Shown: positions 1-10,968, numbered from the stretch's first letter. The stretch: DNA of 64,000 bases from an uncultured Chloroflexia bacterium (GCA_963766675.1 CAVYBA010000002.1:1274806-1338805), one strand, 5' to 3'. A program made the numbers and translations. The notes: generated from the letters alone by a model not told the origin.

Positions 1-142
1 CCTCCTCGTGGAAGTGCGGGGCGCGCAAGGCGGCGGACGTGCTCAACGGCCGGGTGACGACGACGAACGCGCCAGCGGCCGCGAAAACGCCCACGAAGGC
101 CACGAGCGCGATCGCTCCGAGCCGACGGCTGCGAGGGTTCAC
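1..142 (-). CDS. 5' end of a membrane-anchored or secreted protein (partial, runs off the left edge)
   Basis: GTG at 142 is preceded by GGAG with a 6-nt spacer. Translation VNPRSRRLGAIALVAFVGVFAAAGAFVVVTRP looks like a signal/anchor helix. GC3 is high. No function can be assigned. Confidence 0.35.
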   Translation of the reverse strand, partial: MNPRSRRLGAIALVAFVGVFAAAGAFVVVTRPLSTSAALRAPHFHEE

Positions 143-192
143 CGGGATCTCCGTCCGCGGTCGGGCGTCGTCGCCCTGCGGTCGCGCGTCGC

Positions 193-2070
193 TCACGAGC
201 CCGCCCCGCCGTACAGCTGCTGCGCCCTGGCCCATGCCGCCTTGCCGCACTGGGCGCCGATGACCCGGCCCGTGAAGTCGTCTGCCTGGACGTGGATCCC
301 GCCGTACAGCCGGGACTGTCCGGCCTGGTCGGACGCGTCGTAATAGGTCGCCCATTCGAGCCGGATGTCCGTCGTGGGACCGGACTCGAACTTGAGCGAG
401 CCGGCCTTGATCGTGTAGCCGCTGATGCCGCCCGGGAAGTACTCGCTGCCGGTGAAGCCGGTCAGGACCTCGGCGCCCGCCCGGCTGAACGTGCTGTGCC
501 CCGAGACATATCCCTGGAACGCCGGCGTCACGAACGTCGGCAGCTGGTAGGGGACCCAGGTGGTGGCGAGGATCCACCTGACGCCACCGATCTGGGTCTT
601 CGGGTCCTTCGGGTTGCCCGCCCAGGCGAGGATGGCGATCTCGCCCTCGTGGCCCTGGAGCGCGGCATGGCGCTGGCCCGGCGCGGTCGTCGCGGTGGTG
701 ACGACCTCGATGAGGCCCGGCACCAGCGGCAGGCCTTCCTTGTTGTACGACGGACCGTCGGGGTCGCTCGACTGGCCGAGCCCGCCCATGTATCGGATCA
801 TCGAGATCGGCCGGGTCCCGTCGTAGTCGCCCTTCAGGCCCCACGCCGCAATCGCTGCGTCGTGGACGGCCCCGTTGAGCGCGAGGTAGAGCTTGACGTC
901 CCATTGGAGCCGATCGACGATCGGGCCGCTGCCGCCGATCCGCAGGTTTGGGGAGAGCTCGTCCGAGACGAGGTTGGCGAGGACGTTCCAGTGGCCAGGC
1001 GGAGTCTCGGACTTCGGTCCGTCCGCCCAGAACTCGGCCATGACCCGGGCGAAATCGCCCAGGTTGACGACGTCGCTCGGGTAAGGCTCGCCGGTCGCCG
1101 GGTTGACCGGGTGGCCGTGGCCGTCATTGGTCCCGAGCGAGTTGCCGCCGCGAACGCTGGGCGAGATGTCGATCGTCGCGCCGGCCGTCGGGTCCATCAC
1201 GCTGCTGTCGCGGATCACCTCGACAGCCTGGTCCTTGAACGCCTGGTCCGTCGCCGGATCCCCGAGCCGTGGCGGCGGGCCCGGGTCGATCGGGACGCCG
1301 GCAGGCCCCCCGTCGGGCATGGCAAAGCTCTTGACGTGACCCCAGTGCGGTCCGACCGCCACCTGGACGCCGTTGACGACCGGGATCCCGTTCTGCGAGA
1401 CCATGTGCTCGATCTGGAGAGGTTGCCAGCGATTTGGGTCAGCCATGGTCGTGCCCGGCTTGGCCACGACGAGCGGCGGATTGACCGGCTTGTAGTCCGG
1501 CGAGCTGTAGCCGCCAGCCTCGTTCGATCCGTCCGTCTTGCCGTAGGCCAGGACCGCGGCGGCGATCCGGTTGCCGACGGCCGCCGGCGCGTTGCCCTCG
1601 GTCGTCGTCACGTCGATCGGGTAGCACAGCGAGTCCATGACGTCGTCGAACTCCGACAGCGACAGGTCGCCGCCGACGGACTTGATGAACCGGGCGCTGA
1701 GGACCCGAAAGGCGGCGTAGCTGATCGCCTCGTTCCGGGCGGCCGCGACGTCCGCGGCCTGGACCTTGTCCTTGAAGATGTAGCCGCTGGCGGACGGGTC
1801 GTACGCCGCCCAGGCGTCCCACATCGCCACCGAGGTGTGGAACAGGTTGCGGGCATGGACCGGGGGATTTGGCAGCGCCCGGCGGATGGCGTCGAGGAGC
1901 GCTTCGTCCCATCGTCTGGCGACCGACCATTCGGGATTCTCGATCGCAGCCGCGCACGACGTGCCGGCCGACCAGGGGTGTGTGACGGCGAGCATTCCGC
2001 TCACCAGGACCACGGCCGCCGCGATGACGCCGACGGCCGCCAGGCGGCGCTTCGATGGTACGGCGGCCAT
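193..2070 (-). CDS. secreted PAP2-superfamily / vanadium-haloperoxidase-like protein
   Basis: 625-aa ORF with an N-terminal signal/anchor (KRRLAAVGVIAAAVVLVSG). The C-terminal block SGHSTFSRAGAEVL ... YGGIHVQADDFTGRVIG is typical of the acid-phosphatase/haloperoxidase fold. Confidence 0.7.
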   Translation of the reverse strand: MAAVPSKRRLAAVGVIAAAVVLVSGMLAVTHPWSAGTSCAAAIENPEWSVARRWDEALLDAIRRALPNPPVHARNLFHTSVAMWDAWAAYDPSASGYIFKDKVQAADVAAARNEAISYAAFRVLSARFIKSVGGDLSLSEFDDVMDSLCYPIDVTTTEGNAPAAVGNRIAAAVLAYGKTDGSNEAGGYSSPDYKPVNPPLVVAKPGTTMADPNRWQPLQIEHMVSQNGIPVVNGVQVAVGPHWGHVKSFAMPDGGPAGVPIDPGPPPRLGDPATDQAFKDQAVEVIRDSSVMDPTAGATIDISPSVRGGNSLGTNDGHGHPVNPATGEPYPSDVVNLGDFARVMAEFWADGPKSETPPGHWNVLANLVSDELSPNLRIGGSGPIVDRLQWDVKLYLALNGAVHDAAIAAWGLKGDYDGTRPISMIRYMGGLGQSSDPDGPSYNKEGLPLVPGLIEVVTTATTAPGQRHAALQGHEGEIAILAWAGNPKDPKTQIGGVRWILATTWVPYQLPTFVTPAFQGYVSGHSTFSRAGAEVLTGFTGSEYFPGGISGYTIKAGSLKFESGPTTDIRLEWATYYDASDQAGQSRLYGGIHVQADDFTGRVIGAQCGKAAWARAQQLYGGAGS

Positions 2071-2210
2071 GCAATCCCTCCAGTCGGCTGATCGGGACGC
2101 GACATCCGGCGGGACGGGACAGATGTCTCGCGAAGCGGCGAGCCAGTATCGCGCGTTCGGCCGGCGGCTGGCTTGACTTCGGATCGCCGATGTAAGAGCC
2201 TACCCCAGGC

Positions 2211-2232
2211 ATTTAGAAGAGAGGAACACAAA
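2211..2232. promoter_or_regulatory. purine-rich 22-mer shared with the xylA upstream region (candidate ROK/XylR operator, overlaps the RBS)
   Basis: ATTTAGAAGAGAGGAACACAAA matches 8580-8601 at 17 of 22 positions. Confidence 0.3.
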
Positions 2233-2241
2233 TCCGTGGCG

Positions 2242-3468
2242 ATGCGGCTGCACGCGGTCGGACAACGGAGCGAAACCGTCCGTCGAGCGAACCTGAGCGC
2301 CATCGTCCGTGAGCTGCACGTGAACGGCGCCATGTCGCGTTCCGATCTCGTTGCCCGCACCGGGCTGACTCGCAGTGCCATCCGCGGCCTGATCGGCGAG
2401 TTCGTGGTCGCCGGCCTGGCGTCCGAGGTGCGCGCCACTCCGCTCGGCGGACCCGGACGGCCGTCGCCGCTCGTCCGCCCCAACGCGGACAGCGCGGCGG
2501 TGCTGGCGATGGAGGTTGCCGTCGATTCGCTGGCCGTCGCCCTGATCGGCCTTGGCGGCGAGGTGTTCGACCTGGTTCGAGTGCAGAGGCCACGGGGACA
2601 CTCCTCGGCAAGCGAGGTGGTCGATCAGCTCGCTCAACAGGCCAAGATCGTCCTGGCCCGTTGGAGGGGGCAAACGCCGATCGGGGTCGGCGTCGCCGTA
2701 GCGGGCATCGTCCGGCGCTCCGACGGGTTCGTGGCGATGGCCCCGAACCTTGGCTGGCGCGACGTGCCGCTCGGCGCCCTGCTGGCCGAGGCCCTCGAGC
2801 TGGCCGTCCCGGTCGCCGTCGCCAACGAGGCGGACCTGGGGGCGGTCGCAGAGTTGCACCGCGGCGCGGCGATCGGCGCCGATAACGTGCTCTACCTGTC
2901 CGGCGAGGTCGGCGTCGGCGGCGGATTGATCGTCGACGGCCGGCCGCTCACCGGTGTCGCCGGATTCGGCGGCGAGGTCGGCCACATGCCGGTCAATCCG
3001 ACCGGCATGGCCTGCCAGTGCGGGTCGGTCGGCTGCTGGGAGACCGAAGTCGGCGAGGAGGCGCTGCTCCGACTTGCCGGCCACCCCCCATCCGGGGGTT
3101 GGGCCGAGGTGGACGCCGTCGTCGGCGAGGCTCGAGCGGGTTCGCCGGTCGCGTTGGGCGCCTTCGATGCCGTGGGTAGCTGGCTGGGCGTCGGACTGGC
3201 GGGGTTGGTCAATGTGTTCAATCCCGGGCTCGTCGTTCTCGGCGGACTGTTCGGCCGGATCCAGCCGTTCGTGGGGACCGCCCTGGAGGCGGAGCTCGAC
3301 CGGCGCTCGCTGGCCGGCTCCCGAGCGCTCGTGCGCGTCGTACCGGCACGGCTCGGTGTCGACGCCCCGCTGCTCGGCGCCGCCGAGCTCGCCTTCGAAC
3401 CCCTCCTGGCGGATCCCGCTGCCTGGCTCCGGCCACGCGGCGCGCGGGCCGACAGGGCGAGTGCCTGA
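2242..3468 (+). CDS. ROK-family transcriptional regulator (XylR-like)
   Basis: N-terminal winged HTH (RRANLSAIVRELHVNGAMSRSDLVARTGLTRSAIRGLIGEF) plus a ROK sugar-kinase-like body with the zinc motif CQCGSVGCWETEVG. The longest ORF starts at TTG 2173. GTG 2236 or ATG 2242 behind AGAGAGGA is more likely. Confidence 0.85.
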   Translation: MRLHAVGQRSETVRRANLSAIVRELHVNGAMSRSDLVARTGLTRSAIRGLIGEFVVAGLASEVRATPLGGPGRPSPLVRPNADSAAVLAMEVAVDSLAVALIGLGGEVFDLVRVQRPRGHSSASEVVDQLAQQAKIVLARWRGQTPIGVGVAVAGIVRRSDGFVAMAPNLGWRDVPLGALLAEALELAVPVAVANEADLGAVAELHRGAAIGADNVLYLSGEVGVGGGLIVDGRPLTGVAGFGGEVGHMPVNPTGMACQCGSVGCWETEVGEEALLRLAGHPPSGGWAEVDAVVGEARAGSPVALGAFDAVGSWLGVGLAGLVNVFNPGLVVLGGLFGRIQPFVGTALEAELDRRSLAGSRALVRVVPARLGVDAPLLGAAELAFEPLLADPAAWLRPRGARADRASA

Positions 3469-3696
3469 GCATGACTCGTATCGTCGGCGAATGTCCGACC
3501 GCAGTTCTCAGATACCCGATCGCGGGCATCATTCGTCGGTCCACGTCCCGAGCGCATGAACACTCGGGGCTCATTCGTACAACCGGTCGCGTTGGCCGGT
3601 GGAGCGTTCGTCCCGTCGCGGAATCCGCTTTGGGAGGGTGGTAGCCTAGCGCGGGACACGTGGAACCGATGAGGGATCAGGTCCCAACGAGGAGGA

Positions 3697-4869
3697 ATGA
3701 AACGTATGGCAAGTCGTAGATTCGCGGCCTTGATCGGGGTTGCGGCGATCGCGTTGGCTGCGTGCTCGAGCAGCACCGCCACCACGGCCCCGAGCTCCGG
3801 GGGCGGCGGCAGCAGCGCCGCTGCCGGCAACTGCACCGTCGCCGTGTCCTGGAACAACTTCCAGCAGCCTCGCTGGGCGGCGCACGACCAGCCGAACATC
3901 AAGTCGACTGTTGAGGCCGGTGGCGGCACCTACATCGACGCCGACGCCAACCTGAGCAACGAGCAGCAGCTCACCGACATCGACACCCTCATCTCGAAGG
4001 GCGCCAAGGTCCTGATCCTGCTCGCGCAGGACAACAAGGCCGTCCTCCCGGGCCTCCAGAAGGCGAAGGACGCCGGCATCCCGGTCATCGCCTATGACCG
4101 CCTGATTGAAGACCCGAGCATCCTGTACATCACCTTCGACAACGTCCTCGTCGGCAAGGCAGAAGCGGACGCGGTCATCAAGAAGGTCCCCACGGGCAAC
4201 TACGTCCTGATCAAGGGCGACCCCGGTGATCCGAATGCCTCGACGTTCCTGCCCATGGGCTGGGACCAGGCCGGCCTCAAGGACAAGGTCGCGTCCGGCG
4301 ACATCAAGATCATCGGCCCGGCGGAAGGCACGTTCACCGACGCCTGGAAGACCGAGAAGGCCCAGTCCAACATGGAAGCGATCATCGACCAGGCGAACTC
4401 GTCCGGGACGAAGATCGACGCCGTCCTCGCGGAGAATGACAGCACGGCCCTTGGCGTCGTGGCTGCCCTGACCGCGAAGTCGTACGGCTATCCGCCCCTC
4501 AGCGGCCAGGATGGCGACCCCGCCAACCTCAATAACGTCGCCCTGGGCAAGCAGTACGTGGACGTCTTCAAGAACGCCAACGAGCTCGGCAAGGCCGCGG
4601 GCGCCGCCGCCCTCGCGCTGTGCGCCGGGACCAAGATGGCCGACCTCAAGCTCCCCGACGGCCTCATGGATCCGTCGGTCGCTCCGGCGGCCGGCCTGTC
4701 CGCCCAGGACTTCAAGACGCCAGGCGGCACCACCGTCAAGTCGTTCATCCTCCAGCCGACCCCGCTCACCGCGGACAACCTCCAGGTGGCGATCGATGCC
4801 GGCCAGATTTCCAAGGCCGATCTGTGCAAGGGTGTCGACGCCGCAACGGCGCCTGCCGCCTGTAAGTAA
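3697..4869 (+). CDS. xylF: D-xylose ABC transporter substrate-binding lipoprotein
   Basis: Lipobox AIALAACSSS. Blocks AYDRLIED, FDNVLVGK, GNYVLIKGDPGDPNA, IDAVLAENDSTALG and SGQDGD line up with my recollection of E. coli XylF. A second ATG at 3706 is an alternative start. Confidence 0.85.
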   Translation: MKRMASRRFAALIGVAAIALAACSSSTATTAPSSGGGGSSAAAGNCTVAVSWNNFQQPRWAAHDQPNIKSTVEAGGGTYIDADANLSNEQQLTDIDTLISKGAKVLILLAQDNKAVLPGLQKAKDAGIPVIAYDRLIEDPSILYITFDNVLVGKAEADAVIKKVPTGNYVLIKGDPGDPNASTFLPMGWDQAGLKDKVASGDIKIIGPAEGTFTDAWKTEKAQSNMEAIIDQANSSGTKIDAVLAENDSTALGVVAALTAKSYGYPPLSGQDGDPANLNNVALGKQYVDVFKNANELGKAAGAAALALCAGTKMADLKLPDGLMDPSVAPAAGLSAQDFKTPGGTTVKSFILQPTPLTADNLQVAIDAGQISKADLCKGVDAATAPAACK

Positions 4870-4901
4870 CGCGGTCGCCGATCGCTGAGCTAGCCATTCA
4901 C

Positions 4902-4934
4902 CCTGCGCCCCCGGGGACCCCCCGGGGGCGCAGG
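4902..4934 (+). terminator. GC-rich stem-loop between xylF and the permease gene (intra-operon attenuator or mRNA stabiliser)
   Basis: CCTGCGCCCCC(GGGGACCCCCC)GGGGGCGCAGG has an 11-bp perfect outer stem with further inner pairing. There is no U-tract. Confidence 0.5.
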
Positions 4935-4962
4935 TCATTTCACCCCGACCAGGAGGGCCGTC

Positions 4963-6288
4963 GTGACAAACGTTGCCGACGTGGCACCGGTGTCGAGCCA
5001 GGTCCAGCCACCTGCCCGATCGTCGATCCGTGGCCTGATCGCCCAGACGGAGATCGATCTCCGCCTGTTCGGCATGCTCGTCGCCCTGGCCGTGATCCTG
5101 CTGACCTTCAACATCCTGAGCGGGGGCAAGTTCTTCCAGCCGACCAACATGGTCACCCTGGCGGTCCAGGCAACGGGTGTTGCCATCATCGCCACCGGAA
5201 TGGTCCTGGTCATCGTGTCACGCAACATCGACCTGTCGGTCGGGTCGCTGGTCGGTTTCGTCGCGATGTCCTACGCCCTGATCATGACCGACTGGTTCCC
5301 GCACATCCTCGGACTCGGCGCCGACTTCCCGTTCCTGTGGGCCATCGCGCTCGCCATCGGGATCGCGATCGGAGCGGGCTTCGGCGCGCTCCAGGGCTTC
5401 ATCATCGCCTACGTCGGGGTGCCATCGTTCATCGTGACCCTCGGCGGCCTGCTGTCGATCCGCGGCCTCGTCTGGTACCTCTCGAACGGTGCCGCAGTGT
5501 CGGGCCTCGACCCGCAGTTCCAGCTCATCGGCGGTGGCGCCCAGGGATCGGTCGGGGGACCGCTGACCTGGATCCTTGGATTGCTGGGTTGTCTCGCCAT
5601 CGTCTTCCTGTTGTTCAATGGGCGCCGCCAGCGGCGGAGATTCGACTTCCCGGTCAGGCCGATGTGGGCCGAGGTGGTGCTGGGCGCGGTCGGCTGCCTT
5701 GCCGTGATCGGAGTCGCCGCCTTCGCGAACGCCAACCTGTGGCCTGAGGGACTTGCGAACCGCGTTGCGGCGGAGCAGAACTGGGGACCGACGCCCGCGG
5801 GTGGCTGGCAGATCCCGACGGGGTTGCCCTACCCGATCGTCCTACTGCTGGGCGTCACGCTCGTGATGGCCTGGCTCTCAACGCGGCGTCGCTTCGGCCG
5901 GTACGTGTATGCCTACGGTGGCAATCCGGACGCCGCCGAGCTGGCCGGCATCAACACCCGCTGGACGATCCTCAAGACCTACGTCCTGATGGGGGTCCTG
6001 TGCGCGCTTGCCGGCGCCGTCGCTGCGGCACGACTCAACGGATCCACCCTGGATGTCGGCACCAGCTACGAGCTGTATGTCATCGCCGCCGCGGTCGTCG
6101 GCGGAACGTCGTTCGCAGGAGGCATCGGAACGATCCCGGGCGCGGTCCTCGGCGCCTTCGTCATGCAGTCGCTCGCCTACGGCCTCAGCTTCATCGGCGT
6201 GAACTCGCCCGGCCAGAACGTCGCGGCGGGGATCGTCCTCATCGCGGCCGTTGGTTTCGACAGCTTCAACCGCCGGCGCGGATCCTGA
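4963..6288 (+). CDS. xylH: sugar (xylose) ABC transporter permease, CUT2 type
   Basis: 441-aa polytopic membrane protein downstream of xylF. It has typical AraH/XylH-like hydrophobic repeats and the C-terminal GGTSFAGGIGTIPGAVLGAF block. Confidence 0.8.
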   Translation: MTNVADVAPVSSQVQPPARSSIRGLIAQTEIDLRLFGMLVALAVILLTFNILSGGKFFQPTNMVTLAVQATGVAIIATGMVLVIVSRNIDLSVGSLVGFVAMSYALIMTDWFPHILGLGADFPFLWAIALAIGIAIGAGFGALQGFIIAYVGVPSFIVTLGGLLSIRGLVWYLSNGAAVSGLDPQFQLIGGGAQGSVGGPLTWILGLLGCLAIVFLLFNGRRQRRRFDFPVRPMWAEVVLGAVGCLAVIGVAAFANANLWPEGLANRVAAEQNWGPTPAGGWQIPTGLPYPIVLLLGVTLVMAWLSTRRRFGRYVYAYGGNPDAAELAGINTRWTILKTYVLMGVLCALAGAVAAARLNGSTLDVGTSYELYVIAAAVVGGTSFAGGIGTIPGAVLGAFVMQSLAYGLSFIGVNSPGQNVAAGIVLIAAVGFDSFNRRRGS

Positions 6289-6308
6289 GCCGCAAGGAGG
6301 GCTGACCG

Positions 6309-7103
<795 letters not shown>

Positions 7104-7155
7104 CTGTCCTTCTCACCGAGCTTCGCGGCCACGGCCGCCAGCCTCCAGCGAGGTC

Positions 7156-8505
7156 CTAGCCGGCAGCCTGGCGATCCGCGGCCCACACCCGCCGGTTGAC
7201 CACGTTCTCGAGGAGCTCCTGCCGGCCCGACACCGGCTTCGGATCGATCTCGCCGGACGCAACCTTCGCCTCGAGCGACGCCAGCGTCTCGCGACCCTCG
7301 AGGATTGCCGATCCGAGAGGGCCGTCCCAGTCGCGATAGCGCTCGGCGAGAGGCGCGGACAACGTCTCCCGTTCGACCAGGTCGGCGGCCACGATGAGGG
7401 CTCGAGCGAGCGTGTCGATCCCGCCGATGTGGGCGTGGAACAGGTCCGTCCGGTCCGAACTCTGTCGGCGCAGCTTGGCGTCGAAGTTGAAGCCGCCCGT
7501 CGAGAACCCCCCAACCCTGAGGATTTCGTAGATCGGCAGGACGAGATCCTCGACCGAGTTCGGGAACTGGTCGGTGTCCCAGCCGTTCTGCGGGTCGCCG
7601 CGGTTCGCGTCGATCGAGCCGAGCATCCCGTTCGCGACGGCGTAGGCGACCTCGTGGTGGAACGAGTGGCCCGCCAGGGTCGCGTGGTTTGCCTCGATGT
7701 TCAGCCGGTACTCGTCCTCCAGGCCGTTTCGAACGAGAAAGCCGTGGATCGTCGCCGAGTCGAAGTCGTACTGGTGCTTCGTGGGCTCCATCGGCTTCGG
7801 CTCGATGAGGAGTGTCCCGTCGAACCCGATCCGGTGCTTGTGCTCCGCCACGAGATGGAGGAATCGGGCGAGCTGGGCGCCCTCGCGGCGCAGGTCGGTG
7901 TTGAGGAGCGTGTCGTAGCCCTCGCGGCCACCCCACAGCACGTAGTTGGTGCCGCCGAGCCGTTGGGTCACCTCGAGCATGTGCTTGACTTGGGCGGCCG
8001 CATAGGCGAAGACCGCAGGATCCGGGTTCGTCGCGGCGCCGGCCTGGTAGCGCGGATGGGTGAACAGGTTGGCCGTACCCCACAGGAGCGTGGCTCCGGT
8101 CCGTTCCTGGTAGCCCAGCGCATCGTCGGTCAGGGCGTCCAGGTTGTCGCGGAACTCCGCGAACGAGGCGCCTTCGGGAGCGACGTCGCGATCGTGGAAG
8201 CAGTAATAGGGCATGCCGAGCTTCTCGAGGAACTCGAAGGCCACGGCCATCTTCTGGCGCGCCGCCGACATCGGATCGGCTGCCGGATCGAGCCATGGCC
8301 GGTCGAGCGTCCCGATCCCGAACATGTCCCGGCCGTCCCAGGCGAACGAGTGCCAAAGGCAGACGCCGATCCGCAGGTGCTCCTCCATGCGCTTGCCCAT
8401 GACCAGTCGGTTGGGCTGGTAGACCTTGAACGAGAGGGGATCCGTCGAATCGAGCCCACCGAACGGGATCGGCCCCGTCACCTCGGAGAAGAATCCATCC
8501 GCCAC
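7156..8505 (-). CDS. xylA: xylose isomerase (class II)
   Basis: Motifs [67 protein letters not shown]. The start is placed at GTG 8505, which follows AAGGAGGA by 6 nt. The longest ORF begins at 8538. Confidence 0.9.
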   Translation of the reverse strand: MADGFFSEVTGPIPFGGLDSTDPLSFKVYQPNRLVMGKRMEEHLRIGVCLWHSFAWDGRDMFGIGTLDRPWLDPAADPMSAARQKMAVAFEFLEKLGMPYYCFHDRDVAPEGASFAEFRDNLDALTDDALGYQERTGATLLWGTANLFTHPRYQAGAATNPDPAVFAYAAAQVKHMLEVTQRLGGTNYVLWGGREGYDTLLNTDLRREGAQLARFLHLVAEHKHRIGFDGTLLIEPKPMEPTKHQYDFDSATIHGFLVRNGLEDEYRLNIEANHATLAGHSFHHEVAYAVANGMLGSIDANRGDPQNGWDTDQFPNSVEDLVLPIYEILRVGGFSTGGFNFDAKLRRQSSDRTDLFHAHIGGIDTLARALIVAADLVERETLSAPLAERYRDWDGPLGSAILEGRETLASLEAKVASGEIDPKPVSGRQELLENVVNRRVWAADRQAAG

Positions 8506-8579
8506 GTTCGATCCTCCTTGCCCGTCGCCGGGCGGCATGGTTCACGTCGATCGCCAGGTGGCAAAGCGTAGCAGTTCCG

Positions 8580-8601
8580 ATTTGTGAGAGAGAAGCACAA
8601 A
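8580..8601. promoter_or_regulatory. candidate operator upstream of xylA (TTTGTG-N9-CACAAA)
   Basis: ATTTGTGAGAGAGAAGCACAAA contains a perfect 6-bp inverted repeat and resembles 2211-2232. Confidence 0.3.
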
Positions 8602-8683
8602 CTGCGCCGTCACCTCGCGCCGATGCTGCGCAGGGTCGCCGATGGACCGAGAATGAGTCCCCACGCCGCACCGCGAGGAAGCC

Positions 8684-9187
8684 ATGACCGATACCCAGGT
8701 CCGAACCGACGGACTCCGCCCGGAGCTCATCCGCCTGCTGCAGGGCCACGATGCCCGGATGCCGTTCGACGAGGCGGTGGCCGACTTCCCGGTCGAGGCG
8801 ATGAATGCGTTCGCCCCGAACGTGACCTACACGCCATGGCACCTGCTCGAGCACGTCCGGCTGACGCAGCGTGACATCCTCGACTACATCGTCGACCGGG
8901 CCTATGTCGAGCCACACTGGCCGGACGACTACTGGCCGGCCCGTGAGGCGACCGCCAGCGCGGCGCGGTTCGCCGCCACGCTTGACGGTTTCCGCCGCGA
9001 CAACGAGGCCCTCCAGGCGATCGTCGCCGACCCCGCGACGGATCTGCTGGCGGTCATCCCGAATACGCCCGGCCACACGATCCTCCGCGAGGTCCGCGTG
9101 GTCGGCGACCACAACGCGTACCACATCGGCGAGTTCGCGGTCCTTCGCCAGGTCATGGGCAGCTGGCCGTCGAACCGGGACGGGTAG
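8684..9187 (+). CDS. DinB-family (four-helix bundle) protein
   Basis: 167 aa with HLLEHVRLTQRDILDY and GDHNAYHIGEFAVLRQ, the usual His triad spacing of DinB_2-type proteins. Confidence 0.75.
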   Translation: MTDTQVRTDGLRPELIRLLQGHDARMPFDEAVADFPVEAMNAFAPNVTYTPWHLLEHVRLTQRDILDYIVDRAYVEPHWPDDYWPAREATASAARFAATLDGFRRDNEALQAIVADPATDLLAVIPNTPGHTILREVRVVGDHNAYHIGEFAVLRQVMGSWPSNRDG

Positions 9188-9345
9188 CGCGATCGCCGGC
9201 CGGCGATCCGGGCGCGGCCGAGATGGGGCCGGAGGACCCCCTTATTGGGTGACCTTCGTCACTCGGGCGAGGCGTGGGCGGCGACCACACTGGCCTTGAG
9301 CCGGCTGGTAGGCGCCGGAGCAGGCACAGCGTGCCGGGGTGCGAG

Positions 9346-9741
9346 ATGACCCGAGTCCTCGTCGTCCATCACGACCTCGACCTTGGCGGCATGGAGGCCG
9401 ATTCCCTCCGTCGCTTCGGGTACGAAGTCACCGAATGCGGCGGACCAACCCACAACGTCTGTCCGGTCCTGGCCGGCCACCCATGCGATCTCGCCGAGCA
9501 CGCCGACGTGCTCGTCTACGACGTCTGGGCGAGCGGGGACGCGGAGGGCGCCCGGAAGCTCATCGAGAACATCCGCGACATCCATCCGGATACCCCGGTC
9601 GTCCTGACGTCACCCGGGCTCGGGCTGTCGTGGGAGGAATCCAGCGGGCCGCACAAGGTCACGGAGCTCCTCGGCCAGCCGACCGGCGCCCGGCTCCACG
9701 AGGCGATCCAGACGGCCGTCGGCACGAGCGGCCAGGGCTAG
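9346..9741 (+). CDS. stand-alone atypical receiver (REC-like) domain protein
   Basis: The beta-alpha pattern RVLVVHHD ... DVLVYDV ... PVVLTS ... LLGQP matches a response-regulator receiver, with non-canonical residues. GC3 is high. ATG 9346 was preferred to the upstream GTG 9274. Confidence 0.5.
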   Translation: MTRVLVVHHDLDLGGMEADSLRRFGYEVTECGGPTHNVCPVLAGHPCDLAEHADVLVYDVWASGDAEGARKLIENIRDIHPDTPVVLTSPGLGLSWEESSGPHKVTELLGQPTGARLHEAIQTAVGTSGQG

Positions 9742-10790
9742 GGTCTCGGTCGACTGCTGTCGCGGACGATGAGCTGCGGCTGCAGGAGGGTCCGCGGCGT
9801 CGTGCCGCCGTCGTGAGCCCGGCGCGTTGACCTCAGGCGTCGGATCGCACCATCGAGCTCCCGGACCGCGAGCGCGCCGGCGTCTCGCAGCGGCTGGTCG
9901 ACGGTCGTCAGTGCCGGCCAGAAGTGGGACGACTCGGCGATGTTGTCGACACCGACGACGGACAATTCCTCGGGGATCCGGCGGCCGAGGCGGTGGGCGG
10001 CGTGCATGACTCCGAGAGCCATCTGGTCGTTCGAGGCGAACACGGCGTCGACGTCGGGAGCCTGCTCGAGCAGGCGGGACAGCCCTTCCTCGCCGCTCGT
10101 CGCACTCCAGTCGCCGTGGACCATCTGCCGGTCCGTTGCCGGCAGCCCCTGATCCAGCAGGGAATCCTGCCAGCCGATCTGGCGCTGTCGAGCCTCCCAC
10201 CAGTCCATCGGCCCGGTGATGATGCCCACCCGGCGTGCCCCGCCGGCGACCAGGTGCTCGGTCGCCAGGCGCCCGATCCCGGCGTTGTCGATCCCGATCG
10301 AGCCGAGCAGCGACTGGCTGCCCATGCCGCCGACCATCAGCACCGGTGCGGGCCGGTCCGTGCCGGACGCGTTGGTCCACGCGCGGTTGTCGCCGACATC
10401 GGGCACGGCCCAGATGACGCCGTCGACCTGCCGCGAGAAGAGGCTGTTCAGCAGGGCCTCGACGTCCGTGGTCTCCGGCTCATGGATGAGGTTGAGCGAG
10501 ATGGAGTAGCCCATCGCGGCGGCCTGCTGCTCGATGCCGGTCAGGACGCGTGACGGCCCGAAGTACTCGAGGCCGTAGGCGATGATGCCCAGCGTGTGAC
10601 TGCGACCCTGGGTGAGACCGCGGGCGAACAGGTTCGGCGAGAAGCCAGTGTCCAGGATGACCTGTTGGACCCGCTCGAACGTCCTGGGCGCCACGTCCGG
10701 GCGGTTGTTGATGACCCGCGACACCGTTTGGGTGGAAACGCCCGCCGCCTCAGCCACTTCCCTGATCGTCAGCCGCCGCCTGGGGTTCAT
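9738..10790 (-). CDS. LacI-family transcriptional regulator
   Basis: N-terminal HTH TIREVAEAAGVSTQTVSRVINN plus a periplasmic-binding-protein-like sugar domain. It is divergent from araA. Confidence 0.9.
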   Translation of the reverse strand: MNPRRRLTIREVAEAAGVSTQTVSRVINNRPDVAPRTFERVQQVILDTGFSPNLFARGLTQGRSHTLGIIAYGLEYFGPSRVLTGIEQQAAAMGYSISLNLIHEPETTDVEALLNSLFSRQVDGVIWAVPDVGDNRAWTNASGTDRPAPVLMVGGMGSQSLLGSIGIDNAGIGRLATEHLVAGGARRVGIITGPMDWWEARQRQIGWQDSLLDQGLPATDRQMVHGDWSATSGEEGLSRLLEQAPDVDAVFASNDQMALGVMHAAHRLGRRIPEELSVVGVDNIAESSHFWPALTTVDQPLRDAGALAVRELDGAIRRLRSTRRAHDGGTTPRTLLQPQLIVRDSSRPRP

Positions 10791-10886
10791 GCGAGATGGG
10801 GCTCCATTCCATGTCTGTCGATGGCTCGAAGGTTTCGTTCCGAACCTTGACGACGGCCCGACCGCAAGGTAGCGTCTTGCCTGTTT

Positions 10887-10912
10887 CCGTTAGCGGTAAC
10901 GGGAACGCTAAC
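10887..10912. promoter_or_regulatory. candidate LacI-type operator(s) in the lacI/araA divergent region
   Basis: CCGTTAGCGGTAACGG is a near-palindrome (14 of 16). It overlaps the inverted repeat GTTAGCG-N10-CGCTAAC. Confidence 0.4.
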
Positions 10913-10968
10913 AGCAGCTCGGGCGATCGGCAAGCCCGGGCCTCTCTACCCACATCGAGAGTGATCCG

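Noticed and set aside
292-2091. Long ORFs antisense to, or out of frame with, clearly recognisable genes. Examples: 292..2091 +, 7100..9124 -, 25371..28526 +, 41386..43452 -, 45856..47856 -, 52939..54828 -, 60312..62423 -.
   Set aside because: Their translations are Arg/Pro/Gly/Asp-rich low-complexity strings with no recognisable motifs. They lie opposite genes with strong family signatures. Shadow ORFs of this kind are expected in very GC-rich DNA because stop codons are rare.
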